The position numbers and the translations under genes were made by a program. A stretch of 54,600 bases of DNA from a virus (Duplodnaviria > Caudoviricetes), in IMG/VR virus record IMGVR_UViG_3300012943_000038, positions 1 through 54,600 of that record. The stretch is one strand, 5' to 3'. Below the pieces are notes generated by a model. That model did not search any database. It was not told the DNA's origin and was given only the letters and a program-made list of their open reading frames with translations. This document shows positions 36,280 through 45,130 of the stretch, piece by piece. Numbering within the stretch: position 1 is the stretch's first letter; each line of letters begins with the position of its first letter.

Positions 36280-36486
36280 CTAGGCGTTGTGTCGCTGAAC
36301 CGGGACGGGGATGCCGTCAAGGATCTCGACCTGACGCGGATGCATCCATCCCGAGACAGTGACCCCGTCCGTGTTCCAGTCAGACTGGAAGTAGTGATAG
36401 AACACGTCGCCGATCAGCATGGAGTCCTGAACACGGCCGATCACGCCGGTGGGCAGATGACGCGCCGGGATGCCGTGGCCGCTCAT
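36280..36486 (-). CDS. Hypothetical protein
   Basis: ATGA overlap. Confidence 0.55.
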   Translation of the reverse strand: MSGHGIPARHLPTGVIGRVQDSMLIGDVFYHYFQSDWNTDGVTVSGWMHPRQVEILDGIPVPVQRHNA

Positions 36487-36770
36487 CGTCCGGCCGCCTG
36501 CCGTGCCGCGTAGTCGGCCGCGACGAACGTCATGGCATCGCTCAGGGTGTCAACCACAACCCAACCGATCTGGCGATCGCCGTGAGTGCCGACGAATGCG
36601 AGGTAGTCAACCAGTTCGCCGGACTCCCATTCGTCGGCCTCAAGGATCGTCAGACAAACCGGCTCACTGGCATAGCCATAGGCGGCATTCGCACGCCGGA
36701 CGAATTCCGGCATGAGGGACGTCGATCGCACGACGTCCGGATCGTCGACTCGGGTGAAGAATTCGGACAT
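36483..36770 (-). CDS. Hypothetical protein, first gene of the early block
   Basis: GAAAGTGAGG RBS before MSEFFTRV. Confidence 0.6.
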   Translation of the reverse strand: MSEFFTRVDDPDVVRSTSLMPEFVRRANAAYGYASEPVCLTILEADEWESGELVDYLAFVGTHGDRQIGWVVVDTLSDAMTFVAADYAARQAAGR

Positions 36771-36930
36771 GAGGGGAGCCTCACTTTCTGGCCGGGCACC
36801 TCCCGGCTCGACTCCATGATGAGGCATGACAGGCCTGTAGTGCAACCCCGCCACGCCGGGAATGGAGAGGACCACGTGCGCGTTACCACACCTATAGATC
36901 AAGGGAGGTGAGAATCGCGGAAATCGTCGA

Positions 36931-37026
36931 AAGTCCCCAAATCGACAAATCGACTCATCGACTCATCGACAAGTCAGAATGTCGACAAATCGACAAATCG
37001 ACTAGTCAACAAGTCGACAATTCGGA
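36931..37026. repeat. Tandem array of 12 in-register imperfect octamers (consensus AAATCGAC)
   Basis: AAGTCCCC AAATCGAC AAATCGAC TCATCGAC TCATCGAC AAGTCAGA ATGTCGAC AAATCGAC AAATCGAC TAGTCAAC AAGTCGAC AATTCGGA. Confidence 0.9.
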
Positions 37027-37028
37027 AA

Positions 37029-37070
37029 TCGAACAGGTGTTCGATTCCAGGAAATCGAACAAACTTTCGA
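37029..37070. promoter_or_regulatory. Two tandem LexA (SOS)-box-like palindromes
   Basis: TCGAAC-AGGT-GTTCGA (perfect) at 37029-37044; TCGAAC-AAAC-TTTCGA at 37055-37070. Confidence 0.5.
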
Positions 37071-37555
37071 TTCTCCGAATCGAGGGGAGGACAGGGCCAT
37101 GAACAGTGAATTGCCCGCAGCCCCGCGCCGCCCCGAAGCGAGCGCGTGAGGGTGAGAGGTTGGCCGTCGCCCAAACGGGTGACACGTCGGTCGAGACCTC
37201 GGACCTCACGGGGAGGAGATCACCTCGGCCCTGAACAACCCACAGTCGCAGCCACCAGAGCCCGGTAGCGAGGCTCACTAGCCTGCTGGTCCGAGCCGCT
37301 GAGCCTGAGAGGCCGTGCCCGGTACCGAGCAGCGAGACGCAGGACACGAGAGGCCGCACCCGGACGGCTGGACAGCCTGCTCGGTTAGGCGTCCATACAT
37401 ACGTTATTACAGGCACAGGGGGCCTGCCCGCAGGTGTCCACACGATGCCCAGAGAGCCGAGTACTTCACACGGTGCGCTGCACGGGACACCTTCCGCACT
37501 CCTGCACTAACTAGGAAGAGCGCTAATACATACGTAATAACAGCCCCAGACGCGA

Positions 37556-37591
37556 CGAGACCCGACACCGGGGAAGTGGTGTCGGGTCTCG
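37556..37591 (-). terminator. Terminator-like hairpin after SSB
   Basis: Perfect 14-bp stem CGAGACCCGACACC / GGTGTCGGGTCTCG. Confidence 0.65.
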
Positions 37592-37637
37592 CGCCTTACC
37601 CTGTCAGCCCTCAGGACTGACCCCCTTGCGGGGGAGC

Positions 37638-38204
37638 CTACAGGTCGATCTCGTCGAGATCGAGAACCTCGGGCTCATCGTCCTCCTCGTCTGGGGCCTT
37701 CGACTTCTTGGCCTTCTTCTTGGGCTTCTCCTCGGTGGCGTCCTCGTCGATCTCCTCGACGTCATCCTCGTCGTCGTCCGGGACTTCGAGATCGGTCACC
37801 TCATCGGCGCTGCCGGTGGCCTTCATGTAGCCGCGCACCTCCGACTTGGTGCGGCCGTTGTACGGCTCACCGTCGTCGACGGTGATGACCAACTGGCGGC
37901 CGATGAACTTGCTGATGTCGACGGCCAACTTCTTGCGCGGCGTCTTGATGCCGAGCGCCTGCATGAAGGCGACCACCCGGAACAGCGAGTTCTCGGTGAG
38001 GTACAGGTTGTCGAGGATGGTCGAGCCGTCCTCCTCACCGCCGTTGACGCGGAACCAGAGGGTAATCTGCGGCGTTCCCTTGCGGGCCGACTTGCCGTGC
38101 TGCGCGTCCTCGACGACGACCGTGTAGTCGCCCGGCGGGACTCGCGTGCCGAAGGTGTCCTTGTAGTTCGTCAGGTCGATGACGACGTTGTTGTTGCCTG
38201 CCAT
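37638..38204 (-). CDS. DUF669-like ssDNA-binding protein
   Basis: VPPGDY…KSARKGTPQI…DNLYLTENSLFR…YNG; acidic tail. Confidence 0.8.
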   Translation of the reverse strand: MAGNNNVVIDLTNYKDTFGTRVPPGDYTVVVEDAQHGKSARKGTPQITLWFRVNGGEEDGSTILDNLYLTENSLFRVVAFMQALGIKTPRKKLAVDISKFIGRQLVITVDDGEPYNGRTKSEVRGYMKATGSADEVTDLEVPDDDEDDVEEIDEDATEEKPKKKAKKSKAPDEEDDEPEVLDLDEIDL

Positions 38205-38206
38205 GT

Positions 38207-39067
38207 CTACTGCTCCTTATTCGCGGTGGCGGTTTTCTTGCGAGGGGTGGTGGACGTTCCACCGATCCCCAGAACCTTGCTGAGTTCAGCGAGGCTCGTG
38301 GGCTTCTTGCGGCCGAGCACCGACGGGATCTTGCCCCGCAAGGTGTACGGCAGTCGGGCCTTGGTCCGGTACTCGGGGTTGGCCCCGAACCGGACGACGT
38401 GGTTGACCGGGCTCAGGCTGTCATCGCTGACCGATTCGAGATTCTCCTCGACGTCGCAGAACAGGATGTAGTCCGGGCTGGCGAGGAAAATGCTGAGCGC
38501 ACCCTTCTGGACGTCGGGGATCCGCTGAATGTTCCCGAAGTCGTCCTCGTTGATCTTCGTCTGCGCTGTCATCACGACGTGCATCGGCTTGGGCCGCTGA
38601 CCATCGGCCAGCCCGTACCAGAACGTCGCGAGATCGGTCATCACGTCGAGGCTCTGGCCCCACGTTCGCATGTCGGCCGGTGCGGTGCCCTGACGGATCT
38701 CCTTGACGGCGGTCTCGTCGTGGCCCATCAGGTAGCGCATCGTCATCTTCTGCACGGCCGTGGCCGAGTCGATGACGACGGCCTTGTACGGGTGGTCGCC
38801 CTTGGCGAGGGCCCAGTACACGTCGTCGAGCGCCGTCACCGAGTCCGGCCGGATGACTGTGATCTTGTCGGCGTAGGGAGCGCCCCGGAACGACCGGGTG
38901 CCCTTCTCTCCCACGAGGTCGATGAACAGGGTCTCGCCCATCTCAGCGACCGTGGAGGCCAGCGTGGACTTGCCCGCGCCCTGAGGACCGTGGATTAGCC
39001 AACGGCCGTAGTCCTCCTTGAGGTCGGTCGAGGTGTTCAACTCGATGCCAGCGAACGTGCCGCTCAT
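38207..39067 (-). CDS. AAA ATPase (AAA_24/Sak4-like)
   Basis: LIHGPQGAGKST Walker A; VVIDSAT Walker B; next to SSB. Confidence 0.85.
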   Translation of the reverse strand: MSGTFAGIELNTSTDLKEDYGRWLIHGPQGAGKSTLASTVAEMGETLFIDLVGEKGTRSFRGAPYADKITVIRPDSVTALDDVYWALAKGDHPYKAVVIDSATAVQKMTMRYLMGHDETAVKEIRQGTAPADMRTWGQSLDVMTDLATFWYGLADGQRPKPMHVVMTAQTKINEDDFGNIQRIPDVQKGALSIFLASPDYILFCDVEENLESVSDDSLSPVNHVVRFGANPEYRTKARLPYTLRGKIPSVLGRKKPTSLAELSKVLGIGGTSTTPRKKTATANKEQ

Positions 39068-39483
39068 GCGTTCTCCTTGTGCTTGATGAACCGGCCGCGC
39101 TGCCGGTGGAACAGGGTGTCGAGATCCTCGTCGGACAGGCCGGAGAATTGCTCGAAGGACCAAGTGAACTCAGGGCTCTCGTCCTGCACCCAGATGATCT
39201 CCTTGGCGATGTCGATGCAGAGGATCGGGTGATCCGGCTCGTCGACGTACTTGCCCACGAGCAGACCGCAGGCGACGTTCGGATGGTTGTGACCCTTGAG
39301 CAGAGCCGAGACGGCGATGCGGGTCCGATGGTCGATCGTGCGCTTCTCGCCGGTCGGCGGCGACAAATGCTTCGCCGCGTCGCGCACGTCTCGGGCGTAC
39401 TTCTGGCCGCCGTGCACCTGACAGATGCTCAGTGGGGGCCAGTTGTCGGTCTGGAAGATCTGGACAATGCCAGCGTCGGTCAT
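39064..39483 (-). CDS. Hypothetical protein
   Basis: GGAG RBS; coupled to the ATPase. Confidence 0.65.
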   Translation of the reverse strand: MTDAGIVQIFQTDNWPPLSICQVHGGQKYARDVRDAAKHLSPPTGEKRTIDHRTRIAVSALLKGHNHPNVACGLLVGKYVDEPDHPILCIDIAKEIIWVQDESPEFTWSFEQFSGLSDEDLDTLFHRQRGRFIKHKENA

Positions 39484-39524
39484 GGGCTGCTCCAATTACC
39501 TAGGGGAACTATCTACTATACAGG

Positions 39525-40649
39525 CTAAGAACGCTCAGACAAGCCGTACAGTTCCGGGTCGGCCCCAGCACCGCCGATCAACTCGGCTCGGCACAGAGTC
39601 GCGAAGTCACAGAACCGGCAGCCGTAGCCGAAGTTCCGAGGAGCCTCGCCCGACTTGTCCCACCGCTTCTCAGTCTTGGCGATCGACTTGGCGGTGTCCT
39701 TGGCCGCGACGAGGTGGGCCATGATGATGTTCCGGTTCAGCGGCGAGAGGGTGCGCTGGTGCCAGATCGAGGCCGAAGCCGGGCTGGACAACTTCTCCAC
39801 CACCGACTCCTCGACCGTGTAGGTGCCGAACTTCGGCTGGCCAGCCTTCGCGCCGGACTTGTAGTAGTCACCCTCTTCGCCCCACGGCCGACCGTCGCCC
39901 ACCCAGTCCGTGTAGGTACGCAGGTCATACATCGTCACGGACTTGCTCAGCGTGCCGGTGGCCGTCAACTGCGGCTCCTTGGCCGGGGTGGTGCAGGTGC
40001 GGTCGAAGCCGACAGCATGGACGCTCAACCCCCACTCGGCAAGCATCGGAGCCGCGCCCCACGGGTAGATGTGCAACTGGGAGTCGAGGAGATCCTCACC
40101 CGACTCGGCGGTCGGCAGTTTGCCAGACGTCTTGTTGTCCCGGACGACGATCAGGCCGCGCTTGGTGTCCTCATAGATCTCGTCGATGATGCCGACCATG
40201 CGCTGACCGTTGATCTCGCGCTCCCACTTCACCTCGACGGCGATGGGTCGTTCAAGAGCGATCTCCTCGGCCCACTGGTCATGCCAACGAGCGTCGAGGA
40301 TCCAGAGCCGCTCCTTGATCGAGCCGCCGAACTTAGCGACCCAGATCTCGCGCTCCTCCTCGGAGAATTGCTTCCACCGATCCTCGGCGGCGTCGTACAC
40401 AGCGAAGGTCTCGGGCTCGATCCGGATGTTCCCGACGTCCAGATGGTAGGGGGAGAATCGCAGCGACCCCTGCTTTGTTCCGCGCTCGATCGCGTTGGCT
40501 GCGCGGAGCGCGTGCCACCACTGACCGAACTCCTGCTCGATGGTCGACTCGCCGGGCGAGAGACGCTGAAAGTAGCGGTAGGCGAACGCCTGCGGGCACT
40601 TGCGATGAAGCGCCAAAGAGGAGTACGAGTGGGTGAGGTCGCGTGTCAT
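39525..40649 (-). CDS. PD-(D/E)xK exonuclease (Cas4/RecB-like)
   Basis: SYS…CP…Y; GIIDEI…VRDNKT; QLHIY; C-terminal CRFCDFATLC. Confidence 0.85.
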   Translation of the reverse strand: MTRDLTHSYSSLALHRKCPQAFAYRYFQRLSPGESTIEQEFGQWWHALRAANAIERGTKQGSLRFSPYHLDVGNIRIEPETFAVYDAAEDRWKQFSEEEREIWVAKFGGSIKERLWILDARWHDQWAEEIALERPIAVEVKWEREINGQRMVGIIDEIYEDTKRGLIVVRDNKTSGKLPTAESGEDLLDSQLHIYPWGAAPMLAEWGLSVHAVGFDRTCTTPAKEPQLTATGTLSKSVTMYDLRTYTDWVGDGRPWGEEGDYYKSGAKAGQPKFGTYTVEESVVEKLSSPASASIWHQRTLSPLNRNIIMAHLVAAKDTAKSIAKTEKRWDKSGEAPRNFGYGCRFCDFATLCRAELIGGAGADPELYGLSERS

Positions 40650-40669
40650 GGTGATTCTCCTATCAGGGT

Positions 40670-40691
40670 CCAATGTAACATAGCGACGCTA
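40670..40691. promoter_or_regulatory. Divergent promoter region with TAGCGACGCTA palindrome
   Basis: Between exonuclease (-) and primase (+); TGTTACATTGG (minus) is shared with 48922-48932. Confidence 0.55.
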
Positions 40692-40787
40692 GACAAAAGA
40701 GAGCAGCCTCTCCCCGATATGCCCCACGAAAATCCCGGCGGGATTTCGCATGTCGAGGAGAGGCCGAAACGCCTAAGGAGCAGCCCT

Positions 40788-42899
40788 GTGACGCAAGAGA
40801 AGCATAGCACCGTTATCGAAACTGCTGTCGAAGCGTTCGAGATGGGATACACGCCCATCCCGATCACGCCCGGCGAGAAGCGGCCCGCGATCCCCCAGTG
40901 GACGCGCGTCTCCTACGACACGGCCGACGACGTTCGGCTGATGTTCAAGAACGCAGAGTCCGAGGCCGGGGCCGAGGTGAACATCGGCCTCGCGCTCGGT
41001 GAGGCCAGCGGCGGTCTGGTGGACGTCGACCTTGACCATCCGAAGGCCCTGCGCCTGCGCGACCTGTTCCTGCCGCCGACCGCGATGATGTCCGGCCGCG
41101 CCGGAGCCCGTCGGTCGCACTACTGGTACGACCTCGTGGACTCCCTTCCCGAGGGGACGCGCCGGTACAAGATGCCGGACGGTTCGGTGTCGGTGGAGTT
41201 GCGCTCGTCCGGCGGCCAGACTCTCATCGCTCCGTCGAAACATCCCTCAGGTGAGTCCTATCGCTGGGAGGGTGAGCCGTTCGGTGGTGAGGAGGGCCCG
41301 GCCCGCGAGCACGGCATGATCCTGTCGGCCCGAGTTGTGACGCTGGCGATGGCCTGCGTGCTGGTCGACGGTTGGCCGATGCGCGGCGGCCGACACGAGG
41401 CATACCTCGCGTTGGCGGGCGGTCTGCTTCGGTTCGGCACCTCGGACTCGATGAGCGTCCACCCGCTCTGGGAGTCGGCGCTGCCGAACCTGATCCGCGC
41501 ACTGGCCGAAGCGACCAACGACGAGGACGGGCCGGAGACGCGATCGTCCGAAGTCATGGGCTCGACGATGGAGCGCCTGCGGCTCGGCAAGAACGTGCAG
41601 GGCTTCCCTACGCTGGCGAAGATCATCGGCCAAGAGCACTCCGATCTGGTGCGTACCTACGCCCGCGAGATCGAGTCGATCCTCGGCCACGCCACCCGTC
41701 CGGCTCCCGAGCCGATCGTCACCGAAGTGGCCGGGGAGTCCGAGGGCGAGATCCGAGTCATCGACCCGGAGAACCGCAGCCCGCTGGACGAGCGAGCGTT
41801 CTCGTGGGAGCCCGTCGACATGGCCCCGTACTTGGAGAACAAGGTGGCCGACGTCGAACCGGGCATCCTTTACCGCAGCGATGGAGTCGGCCTGTTCTAC
41901 CCCGGCCGGGTCAACTGCCTCTACGGCCGGAGCGAGTCGGGCAAGTCGTGGCTGACCATCTTCGCGAGCAAGAGCGTGATCGAGGCTGGCGGCAAGGTTC
42001 TCTACCTCGACTGCGAGGACGAGCCGCAAGAGACCCTGAAACGCTTCTGGGCTCTCGGCGCTGCCAACGACGACATCCTGCACCGGCTGGCCTACATCCG
42101 GCCCGAGGATCCGATCGCCCGGCTGATGGTGAACAAGTGGAACGAGAACGTCGCCAGCGATGTCGCGAAGGGCAACGAGATGGCCTTCAAGACGGCGCTC
42201 GACGGATTCCAGCCGGACCTCATCATCGTCGACGGTCTGACCGTTCTGTACGGCCTGCATGGCTTCGACACCAACTCGGCGACAGACACCGAGAAGATCA
42301 CCCACTGGATGAAGTCGCTGACCGACAACGGCCGCCGCACCGTCATCCTGATCGACCACACGGCCAAGAACGCCCAACTCGGCGCGACGCCGCTCGGGTC
42401 GCAGCACAAGGTCGCCATGATCCAAGGCACCGCGATTCAGGTGCATCCGATCACGAGGCCGGTCAAGGGGCGCAAGGGTGAGGTCGTGCTGGCCGTCGGC
42501 AAGGACCGACTCGGCAGCGTCCGGCAGCACTCCGAGGGAGACGACCCGGCCATCGCGGCCGAGGTGATCCTCGACAGCACCAAGTCCGGGAGCATGGTCA
42601 TCACCATCAACCCACCGAATCCGAACAAGGTCATCATCGGCGAGACGGCCGACGGCGGCGACGCCTTCGACAAGATGGCCGAGCAGCAGGACAACATCCT
42701 CGCGGCGCTCCGGGAGGACCGGGACAACGGCGGGACAGGCCTGTCGCAGTCGGCGTTGATGGGTGCTGCGGGCGGGATGAAAAAGTACGCACAGAAGATC
42801 GTGGACAACTTGGTCCGGGACAAGTTCATCGAGCGGAGCCGCAAGGGCAACTCCCTGACTCACGTTCTGGTCCTCGACCCCTACTCACTCTCAGAGTGA
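40788..42899 (+). CDS. Bifunctional DNA primase/polymerase fused to an AAA (RepA-like) helicase
   Basis: AAGGAG-GTG start; NIGLALG…VDVDLD, HYWY, APSKHPSG; GRSESGKS, LIIVDG, LIDH motifs. Confidence 0.9.
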   Translation: MTQEKHSTVIETAVEAFEMGYTPIPITPGEKRPAIPQWTRVSYDTADDVRLMFKNAESEAGAEVNIGLALGEASGGLVDVDLDHPKALRLRDLFLPPTAMMSGRAGARRSHYWYDLVDSLPEGTRRYKMPDGSVSVELRSSGGQTLIAPSKHPSGESYRWEGEPFGGEEGPAREHGMILSARVVTLAMACVLVDGWPMRGGRHEAYLALAGGLLRFGTSDSMSVHPLWESALPNLIRALAEATNDEDGPETRSSEVMGSTMERLRLGKNVQGFPTLAKIIGQEHSDLVRTYAREIESILGHATRPAPEPIVTEVAGESEGEIRVIDPENRSPLDERAFSWEPVDMAPYLENKVADVEPGILYRSDGVGLFYPGRVNCLYGRSESGKSWLTIFASKSVIEAGGKVLYLDCEDEPQETLKRFWALGAANDDILHRLAYIRPEDPIARLMVNKWNENVASDVAKGNEMAFKTALDGFQPDLIIVDGLTVLYGLHGFDTNSATDTEKITHWMKSLTDNGRRTVILIDHTAKNAQLGATPLGSQHKVAMIQGTAIQVHPITRPVKGRKGEVVLAVGKDRLGSVRQHSEGDDPAIAAEVILDSTKSGSMVITINPPNPNKVIIGETADGGDAFDKMAEQQDNILAALREDRDNGGTGLSQSALMGAAGGMKKYAQKIVDNLVRDKFIERSRKGNSLTHVLVLDPYSLSE

Positions 42900-43150
42900 C
42901 GTACGACCTTGATGAGGGGGAGGTTTACGCTAAGACCACCGGCCCACCGGCTCCTCCGGGCCGGGGCCGGGCTTAGCGTAACCCCCTTGTCAAGCGTCAG
43001 TCAAGAATGGAAATGAAGAACGTCTATCAGGACACCTAAAAGAGGAACGAGGCCACCTCTGAGAAGTGGCCCCGTTCCGGGAGGGTGTCAAAGTCGCGGG
43101 GATAGGAGTACCCGAACTCGACGAGATCCACCTTAGCAAATCGGCCGGGC

Positions 43151-43178
43151 TTGAATGTTTCTAGTCGGGCTATACACT
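43151..43178 (+). promoter_or_regulatory. SigA-type promoter
   Basis: TTGAAT-N16-TACACT; TTGAAT-N17-CACACT recurs near 52428. Confidence 0.5.
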
Positions 43179-43205
43179 AGGACTCCACCTACCGAAAGGC
43201 TCACC

Positions 43206-43505
43206 ATGACCTCCCTCAGCCAGTATCGAGTGGTCGACACGCAGGGGCTCAAGGCCCTCGCCTTCACCTCGAAGAACTTCAACCGCTCCTTCGACGTCCC
43301 GGAGAACATCGACCCGAACGGGCTGCACCTCCTCGACATCGTGATCTGGGGGCACAACGACGACCACGCCGAGGTCGCCCATCACCGGGTCCGAGCCATG
43401 CTCAAACTGTCCCGCCTGTCCGAGCCGATGGACGTCATCTTCGACATGGAGGCCTCGACGTGGCAACTGCTCCGCAAGGTCACTCCGGACATGCTGAGCG
43501 CGTGA
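43206..43505 (+). CDS. Hypothetical protein
   Basis: GAAAGG RBS. Confidence 0.7.
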   Translation: MTSLSQYRVVDTQGLKALAFTSKNFNRSFDVPENIDPNGLHLLDIVIWGHNDDHAEVAHHRVRAMLKLSRLSEPMDVIFDMEASTWQLLRKVTPDMLSA

Positions 43506-45130
43506 GGCCGTTCATCCCGAAGGGACCTCCCCGCTATCTGCATCAGCAACGTGGACTCCGCGACATCATTCGCAATCGCGGAGTCCACGCGCTGCTGTTC
43601 GACCCCGGCCTCGGCAAGACGTCCACGGTGCTCGACTACGCGAGCCTGCTCGCCCTCAAGTCCCAGAGCGAGATCCGAGTCCTCGTGATCGCTCCTCTGG
43701 CCGCGCTGGACACTTGGGTGCTCCAAGCCGACGACTACATCGCCGACGGCATCGACATCTGGGCCGAGGCGTTGCAAGGCTCGGTCAAGGAGCGCGGCGC
43801 GATCCTCGCGGCTCGGGGCGGCAAGCCGTTCCCGCAGGACACCCTGCGCCGGTTGAAGGGCGACGATCCGCGCGCCGCCGGATGGCGCAAGTCTCCGGCG
43901 TTGAAAATTAGGTTGGGGGGTAACGAGGGATCCTGCACTTATGAAGGGCCAGAGGCCCTCGATAAGACCCGCATCGTGATCTGCTCGGTCACGACTGACT
44001 CGTTCAGCAGCCGGTCCCAGATCCTCGGATCCAAGACGTCGGCCGACTACCTCGTGGACGCCGTGAAGCGATTCGCTCCGGACCTCATCGTGCTCGACGA
44101 GAGCCACCGCGCCAAGGGGTCGAGCAGCAACACCTCGCGCGCCATCGCCCGCCTCACTCCGCTCTGCGAGCGACGGATCATCCTGACCGGCACGGTGATG
44201 CCGCACTCACCGATGGACGTGTTCGGTCAGTGGCGCTTCCTCGACCCGACCGCGTTCGCGACGGCGATGGCCGACGGATCTCGCAGGCCGTTCAGTTTCG
44301 GCCGGTTCAAGGAGAGGTACGCGGTCCTCGGGGGCTGGCAGGGCAAGCAGGTCGTCGGCTTCAAGAACCTCGACGAGATGCAGGAGATCATGGCCCAGCG
44401 ATCGACCGTCGCAACCAAGGACACCGCGCTCGATCTCCCGCCGACAACGACGATCCAAGTGCCGGTCAACCTGTCTCCCGCCGAGAAGAAGGCGTACGCC
44501 GACATGAAGAAGCAGTTGGCTACCCAACTGGACAGCGGTGCACTGGCGACGGTGCCGAACCGGCTGGCTCAAATGATGCGCCTGCGCCAGATCACGAGTG
44601 GCTTCATCAAAAACGACGGCGGTCAGATCGAGACGCTCGGCGAAAGCAAGGCTAAGGCGGTTCAGTCCCTCGTGCAGGACTCGCTCATCGGTGAGAAGCG
44701 GATCGTCGTGTTCGCTCAGTTCACCCACGAGATCGGACTGCTGACGCGACTGTTGGCAGATGCCAACACCGAGGTGTTCACCATCACCGGGTCGACCAAG
44801 GCGGCCGAGCGCGGGAAGATCAGGGCCCGGTTCGGCAGCGACGATCCGCAGCGCATGGTCATCGTCGCCCAGATCAAGACGCTGAGCCTCGGGGTCAACG
44901 AACTGGTCACCGCGAGCCACGCGATCTTCGCCAGCCTGAGCCAGCGGCGGGACGACTTCATTCAGGCCCGCGACCGGCTCGACCGGATTGGTCAGACTCG
45001 ACCCGTAACCTTCTGGGAGGTCGTGGTGCCGAACTCGGTCGACACGGTGATCCTCACCGCTCACCGAGATCGCACCTCATTGGAGGACGGTGTGGTAAAA
45101 CATATTATGAACTCAAGGAACAACTTCTGA
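43502..45130 (+). CDS. SNF2-like DNA helicase
   Basis: HQ, DPGLGKT, LDESH, LTGT, QARDRLDRIGQ motifs. Confidence 0.92.
   Translation: MRPFIPKGPPRYLHQQRGLRDIIRNRGVHALLFDPGLGKTSTVLDYASLLALKSQSEIRVLVIAPLAALDTWVLQADDYIADGIDIWAEALQGSVKERGAILAARGGKPFPQDTLRRLKGDDPRAAGWRKSPALKIRLGGNEGSCTYEGPEALDKTRIVICSVTTDSFSSRSQILGSKTSADYLVDAVKRFAPDLIVLDESHRAKGSSSNTSRAIARLTPLCERRIILTGTVMPHSPMDVFGQWRFLDPTAFATAMADGSRRPFSFGRFKERYAVLGGWQGKQVVGFKNLDEMQEIMAQRSTVATKDTALDLPPTTTIQVPVNLSPAEKKAYADMKKQLATQLDSGALATVPNRLAQMMRLRQITSGFIKNDGGQIETLGESKAKAVQSLVQDSLIGEKRIVVFAQFTHEIGLLTRLLADANTEVFTITGSTKAAERGKIRARFGSDDPQRMVIVAQIKTLSLGVNELVTASHAIFASLSQRRDDFIQARDRLDRIGQTRPVTFWEVVVPNSVDTVILTAHRDRTSLEDGVVKHIMNSRNNF

Noticed and set aside
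36908-37102. 64-aa ORF with IDKS repeats, or a CRISPR mini-array
   Set aside because: The peptide repeat is a by-product of the 8-bp DNA period; there are no 25-40 bp repeats with unique spacers.
39525-40649. Cas4-like nuclease as evidence of CRISPR-Cas
   Set aside because: It is a common phage recombination exonuclease beside the ATPase and SSB; no other cas genes or array are present.
39714-40787. N-terminal ~350 aa of the 1061-aa primase ORF
   Set aside because: It is the antisense shadow of the exonuclease; the RBS supports the GTG at 40788.
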